A stretch of 64,000 nt of DNA from Escherichia coli. Its GTDB lineage: Bacteria; Pseudomonadota; Gammaproteobacteria; Enterobacterales; Enterobacteriaceae. How positions within the stretch are numbered: the first letter of the stretch is position 1; every line of letters starts with the position of its first letter. The position numbers were made by a program, and so were the translations under genes. The notes under the pieces are model-generated. The model did not search any database, was not told the origin of the DNA, and was given only the letters and a program-made list of their open reading frames with translations. Positions 22,293-32,249 of this stretch are shown in pieces. The DNA lies in the NCBI RefSeq assembly GCF_013315695.1, contig NZ_CP054353.1; one strand, written 5' to 3'.

Positions 22293-22714
22293 CCTCGCGC
22301 ATACAGCCGGGCAGTGACGTCATCGTCTGCGCGGAAATGGACGAACAGTGGGGCTATGTCGGGGCTAAATCGCGCCAGCGCTGGCTGTTTTACGCGTATG
22401 ACAGGCTCCGGAAGACGGTTGTTGCGCACGTATTCGGTGAACGCACTATGGCGACGCTGGGGCGTCTTATGAGCCTGCTGTCACCCTTTGACGTGGTGAT
22501 ATGGATGACGGATGGCTGGCCGCTGTATGAATCCCGCCTGAAGGGAAAGCTGCACGTAATCAGCAAGCGATATACGCAGCGAATTGAGCGGCATAACCTG
22601 AATCTGAGGCAGCACCTGGCACGGCTGGGACGGAAGTCGCTGTCGTTCTCAAAATCGGTGGAGCTGCATGACAAAGTCATCGGGCATTATCTGAACATAA
22701 AACACTATCAATAA
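22211..22714 (+). CDS. insB: IS1 InsB reading frame (167 aa; expressed as InsAB fusion by -1 frameshift)
   Basis: Product ...[50 protein letters not shown]... Confidence 0.9.
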
Positions 22715-22729
22715 GTTGGAGTCATTACC

Positions 22730-22738
22730 CAAATCGCT
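22730..22738. repeat. 9-bp target-site duplication (caaatcgct), right flank of IS1 copy 1
   Basis: Matches 21953-21961. Confidence 0.9.
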
Positions 22739-22975
22739 GATAGCGCAAAGTAAGGCAATCATAATGTGGTACTGACGACGAATGCCCTGATTCATCACAA
22801 AAGCATTTTGTGGACCGAGCGGTAGGATCATAGCTGCGCCAAGCGCAAGACCTTGAAAGTAATAAGAAAACACGTTGGATATTCCGAATTAAGTATCTGA
22901 TGCAGAGACTATATCGCGGGATTGTTATTAGCGGAAATTGATAATATTAATTGGCAATCAGAAAAACTAATAAGA

Positions 22976-23000
22976 GAGAGGCCAGAGAGTATTATCTGGC
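22976..23000 (-). terminator. Putative terminator downstream of mscS
   Basis: Hairpin aggccagagagtattatctggcct near mscS stop, followed on the minus strand by a T-rich stretch. Confidence 0.4.
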
Positions 23001-23011
23001 CTCAGCGTTGA

Positions 23012-23872
<861 letters not shown>

Positions 23873-24010
23873 TCAATATTCCTTTTCAACTGACCCAAAA
23901 TGGAGAAATACACTCCGCCGCCTTATGACGGGCAGTCTGACAAGGGTAAACAATAAAGCATAATTTTGCCAAATAGATCACAGATTTCTCATCTGTATCA
24001 CCTTGCTTTT

Positions 24011-24040
24011 GGCGAAAAAAAGACCCGCAGAGCGGGCCTT
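24011..24040 (-). terminator. Intrinsic terminator of fbaA
   Basis: Hairpin gacccgcagagcgggcc preceded on plus strand by A7 run (U-run after hairpin on fbaA transcript). Confidence 0.55.
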
Positions 24041-24062
24041 GAGATAAGCAGAAAGGAATGGC

Positions 24063-25142
24063 TTACAGAACGTCGATCGCGTTCAGTTCCTGGAATGCTT
24101 TTTCCAGACGAGCGATCATAGAAGTCTGACCGGCACGCAGCCATACGCGCGGATCGTAGTATTTCTTGTTCGGCTGATCTTCGCCTTTCGGGTTACCCAG
24201 CTGACCCTGCAGGTAAGCTTCGTTCGCTTTGTAGTAGTTCAGAACGCCTTCCCAGGTTGCCCATTGGGTATCGGTATCGATGTTCATTTTCACTACGCCG
24301 TAGCTTACGGAGTCTTTGATTTCCTGAGCAGTAGAACCGGAACCACCGTGGAATACGAAGTTCAGGCTGTTGTGCGGCAGGTTGTGTTTCTTAGAAACAT
24401 ATTCCTGAGAATCACGCAGGATGGTCGGAGTCAGAACCACGTTACCCGGCTTGTAAACACCGTGTACGTTACCGAAGGACGCTGCGATGGTGAAACGTGG
24501 GCTGATTTTGCTCAGCTCGGTGTATGCGTAATCAACGTCTTCCGGCTGGGTGTACAGTGCAGAAGCGTCCATGTGGCTGTTGTCCACGCCGTCTTCTTCA
24601 CCACCGGTGCAACCCAGTTCGATTTCCAGAGTCATGCCGATTTTGGACATGCGCTCCAGGTATTTAGAGCAGATTTCGATGTTCTCTTGCAGAGATTCTT
24701 CAGACAGGTCGATCATGTGAGAAGAGAACAGCGGCTTGCCGGTAGCTGCGAAGTGTTTTTCACCCGCGTCCAGCAGACCGTCGATCCACGGCAGCAGTTT
24801 CTTCGCGCAGTGGTCGGTGTGCAGGATAACCGGAACACCATAATGTTCAGCCATCTGGTGAACGTGATGCGCACCAGAGATCGCGCCCAGGATAGCAGCA
24901 CCCTGCGGAACGTCAGATTTCACGCCTTTACCAGCGATAAAGGAAGCACCACCGTTGGAGAACTGAACGATAACCGGCGCTTTAACTTTAGCAGCGGTTT
25001 CCAGCACGGCGTTGATGGAGTCAGTACCGACGCAGTTTACTGCTGGCAGTGCGAAGTTGTTTTCTTTTGCTACCTGGAAAACTTTCTGTACGTCATCACC
25101 AGTGATTACGCCAGGTTTTACGAAATCAAAAATCTTAGACAT
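24063..25142 (-). CDS. fbaA: Fructose-bisphosphate aldolase class II (359 aa)
   Basis: Internal start MSKIFDFVKPGVITGDDVQKVFQVAKENNFALPAVNCVGT... Confidence 0.97.
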   Translation of the reverse strand: MSKIFDFVKPGVITGDDVQKVFQVAKENNFALPAVNCVGTDSINAVLETAAKVKAPVIVQFSNGGASFIAGKGVKSDVPQGAAILGAISGAHHVHQMAEHYGVPVILHTDHCAKKLLPWIDGLLDAGEKHFAATGKPLFSSHMIDLSEESLQENIEICSKYLERMSKIGMTLEIELGCTGGEEDGVDNSHMDASALYTQPEDVDYAYTELSKISPRFTIAASFGNVHGVYKPGNVVLTPTILRDSQEYVSKKHNLPHNSLNFVFHGGSGSTAQEIKDSVSYGVVKMNIDTDTQWATWEGVLNYYKANEAYLQGQLGNPKGEDQPNKKYYDPRVWLRAGQTSMIARLEKAFQELNAIDVL

Positions 25143-25168
25143 GTCTCTTGTCCTGTATCGTCGGGCCT

Positions 25169-25293
25169 TATACTCGTCATACTTCAAGTTGCATGTACTG
25201 CGTCTGCGTTCGCTCACCCCAGTCACTTACTTATGTAAGCTCATGGGATTCACTCTCTTGTCGCCTTCCTGCAACTCGAATTATTTAGAGTAT
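25169..25293. repeat. ERIC/IRU intergenic repeat, copy 2 (inverted relative to copy 1)
   Basis: cgctcaccccagtcacttacttatgtaagctcatgggattcac core; reverse complement aligns with 9516-9641 with a handful of mismatches. Confidence 0.75.
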
Positions 25294-25356
25294 GAAAAAG
25301 TGCGTGCTTTAAAAGCGCGCTGCAACAAGGGCAGGTTTCCCTGCCCTGTGATTTTT

Positions 25357-26520
25357 TTACTTCTTAGCGCGCTCTTCGAGCATCGCTACTGCAGGCAGTA
25401 CTTTACCTTCCACGAATTCGAGGAATGCACCGCCGCCAGTGGAGATGTAGGAGATTTTGTCAGCAATGCCGAACAGGTCGATTGCTGCCAGAGTGTCGCC
25501 GCCGCCAGCGATGGAGAACGCTTCGCTGTCTGCGATAGCGTTAGCCACGATTTCAGTACCTTTGCGGAAGTTCGGGAATTCGAACACGCCAACCGGACCG
25601 TTCCACAGAATGGTTTTCGCATTCTTCAGGATTTCAGCCAGTTCCTGAGCGGAAGCATCACCGATATCCAGGATCTGCTCGTCAGCTTTCACATCGTTAA
25701 CAGATTTCAGGGTAGCCGGTGCAGTTTCAGAGAACTCAGTTGCTACGCGAACATCAGACGGAACCGGAATGTTGCAGGTGGTCAGCAGACGTTTTGCTTC
25801 ATCAACCAGGTCAGCTTCGTACAGGGATTTACCCACATCGTGGCCTTGTGCCGCGATAAAGGTGTTAGCGATACCACCACCCACGATCAGCTGGTCAGCG
25901 ATTTTGGACAGGGAATCCAGAACGGTCAGTTTGGTAGATACTTTAGAACCACCAACGATAGCCACCATCGGGCGAGCAGGTTCTTTCAGTGCTTTACCCA
26001 GCGCGTCCAGTTCAGCTGCCAGCAGCGGGCCTGCGCACGCAACGTCAGCGAATTTACCGATACCGTGAGTAGAAGCCTGCGCGCGGTGAGCAGTACCGAA
26101 TGCGTCCATTACGAACACGTCACACAGTGCAGCGTATTTTTTGGACAGGGTTTCGTCGTCTTTCTTCTCGCCTTTGTTGAAGCGAACGTTTTCCAGAACA
26201 ACCAGTTCACCTTCAGCAACGTCAACGCCGTCGAGGTAATCTTTAACCAGACGAACCGGGTTAGACAGTTTGTCTTTCAGGTAGTTAACAACCGGCAGCA
26301 GAGAGAATTCTTCGTTGTACTCGCCTTCGGTAGGACGACCCAGGTGGGAAGTTACCATCACTTTTGCGCCTTGTTTCAGGGCCAGTTCGATGGTCGGCAG
26401 AGAAGCACGGATACGCGCATCGCTGGTTACTTTCCCGTCTTTTACTGGTACGTTCAGATCCGCACGGATAAATACACGTTTCCCAGCAAGATCCAGATCG
26501 GTCATCTTAATTACAGACAT
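25357..26520 (-). CDS. pgk: Phosphoglycerate kinase (387 aa)
   Basis: Internal start [37 protein letters not shown]... Confidence 0.97.
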
Positions 26521-26569
26521 GGTGAATCCTCTCGTTGATTCTAAAAGTTTTGCAGACGCTGCTTGCGTC

Positions 26570-27589
26570 TTACCTGAAAGCAACAGTAGCCATAGCTAAC
26601 GTCGTGTCGAGCATTCGGTTAGCAAAGCCCCATTCGTTATCGCACCAGACCAACGTTTTGATCAGGTGTGCGCCACTGACCCGGGTTTGGGTGCCATCGA
26701 CAATGGCACTGTGCGGATCGTGGTTAAAATCTACAGAGACCAACGGCAATTCCGTATAGTCAACTATACCATGAAATGCACCTTGTGCTGCTTTTTGCAG
26801 CAACAGGTTGACTTCATTGGCTTTTACAGGTTTCTTCACCGTCACGCTTAAATCGATTGCCGTCACATTTATGGTTGGCACACGTACCGCAATCGCTTCA
26901 AAGCGATCGTTAAATTGCGGAAAAAATCGTGTGATACCGGCGGCCAGTTTAGTATCGACCGGAATGATCGACTGGCTGGCTGCCCGGGTGCGACGCAGGT
27001 CAGGATGGTATGCATCAATAACCTGTTGATCGTGCATGGCGGAGTGAATTGTGGTCACAGTGCCAGACTCAATACCGTACGCATCATCTAACAATTTGAT
27101 GACGGGAATTATGCAATTCGTGGTACAGGAAGCGTTAGAAACGATGCGGTGTTCCGCACGAAGTTGATCCTGATTGACGCCGTAAACAACGGTCGCGTCG
27201 AGATCGTTACTGCCAGGATGTGAAAAGAGCACTTTTTTGGCCCCGGCGGCAATATGCGCTTCGCCATGCTCGCGGGAGCCATATACGCCGGTGCAGTCGA
27301 GGACTACATCAACGCCAAGTTCACGCCAGGGGAGCGATTGTAGTGAACGTTCATGCAATACACGGATGGCGTCATCACCAACAAAAAGTTGATCGCGTTC
27401 CTGTCGTACTTCCCATGCAAAACGGCCATGGCTGGTGTCATATTTCAACAAATGCGCCATGCCCGCAGCATCCGCCAGTTCGTTGATTGCCACCACGGTA
27501 ATTTCCGCCCGGCGTCCGGATTCATACAAAGCACGAACCACATTACGCCCGATGCGACCGAAGCCATTTATCGCTACGCGTACGGTCAT
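26570..27589 (-). CDS. epd: D-erythrose-4-phosphate dehydrogenase (339 aa)
   Basis: Internal start [43 protein letters not shown]... Confidence 0.95.
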
Positions 27590-27816
27590 AGATCTCCTGC
27601 AAGGTTTTCCCTGAGCAAATTTGCCAGACAGAGTAATCCAGCAAATCGTCCGGGGAAACCTTACCTGTCGCAAACTGCGACTGATTGGTTAATTGTCGAA
27701 CATTTAATCGACTGAAACGCTTCAGCTAGGATAAGCGAAACGTGGAATAAAAGGAATGATTGTCCAGTCAAAGAAGACAATTATCTGACTTACGTCACGT
27801 TTTCAGCCCCGCCCCT

Positions 27817-27832
27817 GTGGAATTTATTCCAC
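27817..27832. promoter_or_regulatory. Near-perfect 16-bp palindrome gtggaatttattccac (candidate operator) in the epd / island intergenic region
   Basis: Inverted repeat read directly; a related half-site cgtggaataaaa occurs about 75 bp upstream. Confidence 0.3.
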
Positions 27833-27960
27833 TTTGCAGAATCACGAATAAGCGTAGCAAAATCTTTTCGTTGTGCCGTCACAAACCCTGACTTATATCA
27901 GAATATGACTGATGCAGCGTCGATATTATCCGCAATACGTCCGAGTTTCGGAGTACTCCA

Positions 27961-28392
27961 ATGATGACATTGCCCTACCCATATTCTTCCTCCGCACGTT
28001 TTTACGCGCTGCGCCTGCTCCCCGGGCAGGAAGTTCTCTCCCAATTACGCGCCTTCGCGCAGCAACAACAACTTCACGCCGCGTGGATTGCAGGTTGTAC
28101 CGGCAGTCTGACTGACGTCGCCTTACACTATGCCGGGCAAGAAAACACGACCCTACTAAGCGGTAAGTTCGAAGTCATCGCATTGAACGGCACGCTGGAA
28201 CAGAGTGGTGAACATCTTCATCTCTGCGTTTCCGATCCACACGGCACGATGCTTGGCGGTCATATGATGCCCGGCTGTACCGTGCGGACCACGCTTGAAC
28301 TGGTGATCGGCTGCCTTGAGGAACTGGCGTTTAGCCGCCAGCCTTGCGCGCTTTCTGGTTACGACGAGTTGCATATTTCCCCCGTTAACTAA
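27961..28392 (+). CDS. Small DUF296 / PCC-domain-like protein (143 aa), first gene of accessory operon
   Basis: Product MMTLPYPYSSSARFYALRLLPGQEVL...HLHLCVSDPHGTMLGGHMMPGCTV...; RBS ggag 7 nt upstream; family assignment from recalled features only. Confidence 0.6.
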   Translation: MMTLPYPYSSSARFYALRLLPGQEVLSQLRAFAQQQQLHAAWIAGCTGSLTDVALHYAGQENTTLLSGKFEVIALNGTLEQSGEHLHLCVSDPHGTMLGGHMMPGCTVRTTLELVIGCLEELAFSRQPCALSGYDELHISPVN

Positions 28393-28414
28393 CTATTTTC
28401 AGAGAGGTTTTCTT

Positions 28415-28993
28415 ATGGCGCGTCGCCACTTTTCCAGTCAGGCGCTGGTGTTGATCGTTATATCTATCGCCATCAATATGATCGGCGGGCAACTGGCCAG
28501 CATGGTCAAATTACCTATATTTCTCGACTCCGTCGGCACACTTATTAGCGCAGTACTGCTTGGTCCGGTGATCGGGATGCTGACCGGCTTACTGACCAAT
28601 TTACTCTGGGGATTGCTGACCGACCCGATCGCCGCCGCATTTGCGCCCGTCGCGATGGTCATCGGCCTGGTCACCGGTTGGCTGGCGCGAGCGGGTTGGT
28701 TACGCACCCTGCCAAAAGTCGTTGTTAGCGGCGTGATTATTACGCTTGCGGTAACGGTCGTCGCTGTACCGCTGCGTACTGCGCTGTTCGGCGGTGTCAC
28801 CGGTAGCGGAGCCGATTTGTTCGTTGCCTGGATGCACTCTATGGGGCAAAACCTGGTGGAGTCGGTGGCGATTACGGTGATAGGCGCGAACCTGGTCGAT
28901 AAAATTCTCACGGCGGTGATTGTCTGGCTTTTACTGCGCCAGTTGCCGATTCGCACCACACGACATTTCCCGGCAATGGCTGCCGTGCGCTAA
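28415..28993 (+). CDS. ECF-type transporter substrate-capture (S) component, small multi-helix membrane protein (192 aa)
   Basis: Highly hydrophobic product MARRHFSSQALVLIVISIAINMIGGQLASMVKLPIFLDSVGTLISAVLLGP...; stop directly abuts the T-component start. Confidence 0.6.
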   Translation: MARRHFSSQALVLIVISIAINMIGGQLASMVKLPIFLDSVGTLISAVLLGPVIGMLTGLLTNLLWGLLTDPIAAAFAPVAMVIGLVTGWLARAGWLRTLPKVVVSGVIITLAVTVVAVPLRTALFGGVTGSGADLFVAWMHSMGQNLVESVAITVIGANLVDKILTAVIVWLLLRQLPIRTTRHFPAMAAVR

Positions 28994-29701
28994 ATGCATC
29001 CGTTTACATCCTTAACGCTGTGGACGCTGGCGGCCTGCACCACGCTTATCCTGCCCACACAGACAATACTGCCAGTCTATAGCGCGGCGACCTTTTTCTG
29101 CCTTATTGCGCTGAAGGCCACGCGGCGGCGGGCAAAATATGTTGTCTGGCTGATGTTCTCGCTGGGGGCTGGACTGTGGCTGGTACACGGTGGCTGGCTG
29201 ACAGAATGGCTAAGCGGCACGCCACGCTCGCCAGAACGGTGGACGCATGCTATTACGCTCTGGTTGCGGATTCTGGCGATTGTTTCAACCTCGCAGTTGT
29301 GGATGCAATTCGTCCCCGTGCAACGTTTTATCCGCGCTTTGTTTGCTTCTCGCCTGCCGCCGGGCGTCGCTTATCTGTTCGCCGGGCCGTTGTTGGTCGT
29401 TGAGCAGTTAAAACGGCAATTAGCGATTATTCATGAAGCGCAGCGCGCCCGCGGCGTACCGCTGGATGAGGGCTGGTATCAGCGTTTACGTGCGATGCCC
29501 GCGCTAATTATTCCGCTAACACACAATGCGCTAAACGATCTGGCTATCCGTGGTGCGGCGTTGGACATGCGGGCATTTCGGATCCACAACCGGCGCACTA
29601 CGTTATGGGCACCGCCTGACAGTAACCTGGAAAAAGTGGCACGTTACGCCATGATCTTGCTGATGCTGGCAGAATTCGGAGCGTGGATATGGTTACGTTA
29701 G
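28994..29701 (+). CDS. ECF transporter transmembrane (T) component, EcfT/CbiQ-like (235 aa)
   Basis: Membrane protein with Arg-containing coupling motifs (EAQRARGV, AIRGAALDMRAF); start codon immediately follows the upstream TAA. Confidence 0.65.
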   Translation: MHPFTSLTLWTLAACTTLILPTQTILPVYSAATFFCLIALKATRRRAKYVVWLMFSLGAGLWLVHGGWLTEWLSGTPRSPERWTHAITLWLRILAIVSTSQLWMQFVPVQRFIRALFASRLPPGVAYLFAGPLLVVEQLKRQLAIIHEAQRARGVPLDEGWYQRLRAMPALIIPLTHNALNDLAIRGAALDMRAFRIHNRRTTLWAPPDSNLEKVARYAMILLMLAEFGAWIWLR

Positions 29702-30366
29702 AACAGTTTAGCTATTGCCCGACACACTCAACGCATCCTCCGTTCTGTTATGACTTTCACTATGTCAAACCGGGGATAGTCGCCATCTTTGGTGACAACG
29801 GCAGTGGCAAAAGTACGCTGGCGCAACTGATGGCAGGCTGGTATCCGGACTTTCTGCCAGGAGAGATAACCGGCACGGGGACGCTTCTCGGTACGCCCAT
29901 TGGGCATATCCCGCTTAATGAACAATCCGCCACCATCCAGCTCGTTCAGCAATCGCCCTATTTGCAGCTCTCCGGCTGTACCTTTAGCGTGGAAGAAGAA
30001 GTTGCCTTTGGGCCAGAAAATCTGTGTCTTGCTGAAGAGGAGATTATGGCGCGGATTGATGCCGCCCTGACTCTGACCGAGTGCCAGCCGTTGCGCCATC
30101 GTCACCCGGCAACACTCTCCGGTGGAGAGACACAGCGTGTGGTCATCGCCTGCGCCATCGCGATGCAGCCAAAGCTCTTAATTCTTGATGAAGCCTTTAG
30201 CCGCCTGACGCCGCAGGCCTGCGAAATGCTGTTGCAGCGCTTACAACACTGGGCGCTTGAACGTGGTTCGCTGATTATTCTTTTTGAACGTCATCGTACA
30301 CCTTTCCTGAACTACTGCCAGCAAGCGTGGCAATTGCAAAACGGAGCGCTCCAGCCACTATGTTAA
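29683..30366 (+). CDS. ABC ATPase, EcfA-like (227 aa)
   Basis: Walker A GDNGSGKST, signature LSGGETQRV, Walker B LLILDEA. Confidence 0.85.
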   Translation: MDMVTLEQFSYCPTHSTHPPFCYDFHYVKPGIVAIFGDNGSGKSTLAQLMAGWYPDFLPGEITGTGTLLGTPIGHIPLNEQSATIQLVQQSPYLQLSGCTFSVEEEVAFGPENLCLAEEEIMARIDAALTLTECQPLRHRHPATLSGGETQRVVIACAIAMQPKLLILDEAFSRLTPQACEMLLQRLQHWALERGSLIILFERHRTPFLNYCQQAWQLQNGALQPLC

Positions 30367-31037
30367 CGTTAAATCAGATAACTTATCGCTGGCCTGACGC
30401 GGCAACGGATTGTCTTTGCGACATTTCTCTGCAACTCAAACAAGGTGAATGGTTGGCGCTGACCGGCGACAATGGCGCGGGAAAATCGACGCTGTTACGA
30501 GTAATGGCAGGTCTTCTTACGCCCACAGCCGGTACGGTTATGCTGCAACAACAGGCGATGAAAAACCTGAAAAACCGCCAGCGCGCGGCAAAGATTGGCG
30601 TACTGTTTCAGGAAGCGGAAAACCAGCTTTTTCACAGCACCGTCGCTGACGAGATCGCATTTGGTTTGAAACTGCAAAAATGCCCGGCGGATGAAATCAC
30701 TCAACGTACCAATGCTGCCCTGCAATGCTGTCAGTTAGCAGACACTGCCAGCGCGCATCCGCTGGATCTGCATAGTGCGCAGCGACGGATGGTCGCCGTC
30801 GCCTGCCTGGAAGCACTCTCTCCGCCGCTATTGCTGCTGGACGAGCCGAGTCGGGATTTTGACGAAAATTGGATGAGCGTGTTTGAAAGTTGGCTGGAAA
30901 AGTGCCGCCAGCGAGGCACGAGCGTCGTAGCAATCAGTCATGACGCCGCATTTACCCGGCGTCATTTCTCTCGTGTGGTGCGACTGGAAGATGGTGTAAT
31001 CAGGAACGTTAATCCATCAGACGATATTCACCCGTAG
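30360..31037 (+). CDS. Second ABC ATPase, EcfA-prime-like, with degenerate signature motif (225 aa)
   Basis: Walker A GDNGAGKST, Walker B LLLLDEP, H-loop SHD; LSGGQ replaced by LHSAQ; start overlaps upstream stop as ATGTTAA. Confidence 0.8.
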   Translation: MLTLNQITYRWPDAATDCLCDISLQLKQGEWLALTGDNGAGKSTLLRVMAGLLTPTAGTVMLQQQAMKNLKNRQRAAKIGVLFQEAENQLFHSTVADEIAFGLKLQKCPADEITQRTNAALQCCQLADTASAHPLDLHSAQRRMVAVACLEALSPPLLLLDEPSRDFDENWMSVFESWLEKCRQRGTSVVAISHDAAFTRRHFSRVVRLEDGVIRNVNPSDDIHP

Positions 31038-31722
31038 CGGTCATCATTAAGGTCAAATTTGCAGGCAGACTCTCTTCCAGCACCCGGCGAACATTCGGCC
31101 CGTCGGTACGGTCATAAAAGGCTTCTGCGTCTGCCAGCGATAACCCTCCCGCCAGCTTGCGCCCCACCAGACGCTCCCGCAACGCAGATGCGGGAGCTTT
31201 GATAAAGATCGAGAAATCACAAAATTGCGCAAGCTGGCGCCACTTCTCGTCGTCCAGCAACAACCAGTTTCCTTCGACGATGACGAGTGGTGCGGTAACG
31301 TGCAACGCATCTTCAACAGGATCATGCTTTTGTCGATCGTACTGCGGCCACGTACAATCCCCTTCCACCACCTGGCGCAGATTTTCCGCCAGTTTCGCAA
31401 CGTCAAATGTCTCTGGTGCGCCTTTGAAGGGGCGCAATTGATGCGCGTCCAGCCAGCTATTGTAATGGTGAAAACCATCCATCGGGAGCGTCTGAATAGC
31501 GGGCAGCTCCGGGTCTTGTTGCGCGAGATATTCCCAGAAGGTGGTTAGGGTAGATTTACCCGTCCCCGGCGGAGCGCAAAGAAAAACCACCGTACGCCGC
31601 TGCGGATTTACCGTCTGTAAGGCCGCCAGCATACGCAGCAACGGTTTATGCACGCGTTCTATCTCTTCATCATGGTACTGTGCCTGTATCTTCAGCCCAT
31701 TCACCGTTAATTCAATTTTCAC
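31009..31722 (-). CDS. yggC: P-loop nucleoside/nucleotide kinase family protein YggC (237 aa)
   Basis: Product with P-loop CAPPGTGKSTL; position between epd and yggD. Confidence 0.9.
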   Translation of the reverse strand: MKIELTVNGLKIQAQYHDEEIERVHKPLLRMLAALQTVNPQRRTVVFLCAPPGTGKSTLTTFWEYLAQQDPELPAIQTLPMDGFHHYNSWLDAHQLRPFKGAPETFDVAKLAENLRQVVEGDCTWPQYDRQKHDPVEDALHVTAPLVIVEGNWLLLDDEKWRQLAQFCDFSIFIKAPASALRERLVGRKLAGGLSLADAEAFYDRTDGPNVRRVLEESLPANLTLMMTATGEYRLMD

Positions 31723-32228
31723 GGCGTTAATTCCTTTAAGGTGGTCGTTACTGCCAGCGTCAGCGCCGTTTTGACCATCCCGCTAAAACGCGCCTCTGAC
31801 CAGACGGCGAAATCGGCGAACTTCATCGCTTTCAACGCGTCATAGAGCGTCGCATTGCGGGTTATGCTATTGACGTTGCTGATAAAATCCCAGGTCATAT
31901 CATCAGCAAATCCGGGCGTTTCATCCTGTTCGTTCAGGTAATGCCAGAACTGGGAAAAATGCGTGATATCGGCGTACAGCCATTTATCCATTTTCCCCAG
32001 CGCATAAATCAAACGCAGTGCAACATCAATATCGTCAAGCGGGCCGCTTTGGGCGAGTAACGGCTTCACTGCATATTCGACGATCTCTTCATCGTTATCG
32101 ACAAACAGCGACGGCAGAAACTGGCGTATCCCCTGGAGCAAAATAGAATGCGCAGTATTCATAAATGAAAATAAATTGTCCTGTGCATCCAGTTGCTCAA
32201 GCACATCATCTTCTGTCAGCGTCGCCAT
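31719..32228 (-). CDS. yggD: MtlR/FumE-family protein YggD (169 aa)
   Basis: ORF product MATLTEDDVLEQLDAQDNLFSFMNTAHSILLQGIRQF... Confidence 0.9.
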   Translation of the reverse strand: MATLTEDDVLEQLDAQDNLFSFMNTAHSILLQGIRQFLPSLFVDNDEEIVEYAVKPLLAQSGPLDDIDVALRLIYALGKMDKWLYADITHFSQFWHYLNEQDETPGFADDMTWDFISNVNSITRNATLYDALKAMKFADFAVWSEARFSGMVKTALTLAVTTTLKELTP

Positions 32229-32249
32229 TGGTCTTCCGATAGATCACCA

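Larger units (their letters stand above)
21962..22729 (+). mobile_element. IS1 insertion sequence (768 bp), copy 1
   Basis: Ends ggtgatgctgccaacttactgat ... gttggagtcattacc (terminal inverted repeats); encodes InsA and InsB with the A6C slippery motif. Confidence 0.97.
21461..22873 (-). pseudogene. argO: Arginine exporter argO interrupted by IS1 (C-terminal part 21461-21961, N-terminal part 22730-22873)
   Basis: N-terminal frame [48 protein letters not shown] runs into IS1 end; C-terminal frame resumes ...[22 protein letters not shown]... after IS1. Confidence 0.9.

Noticed and set aside
25012-26538. 508-aa plus-strand ORF (and the 324-aa ORF at 24264-25238)
   Set aside because: Antisense shadow frames of pgk and fbaA; no start context and no recognisable domains
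27590-27960. Possible TPP or other riboswitch upstream of the ECF-type operon
   Set aside because: No conserved riboswitch core (for example the CUGAGA-containing TPP motif in proper context) could be recognised by eye; the region is at least partly the epd 5-prime region on the opposite strand. Needs an Rfam scan to settle
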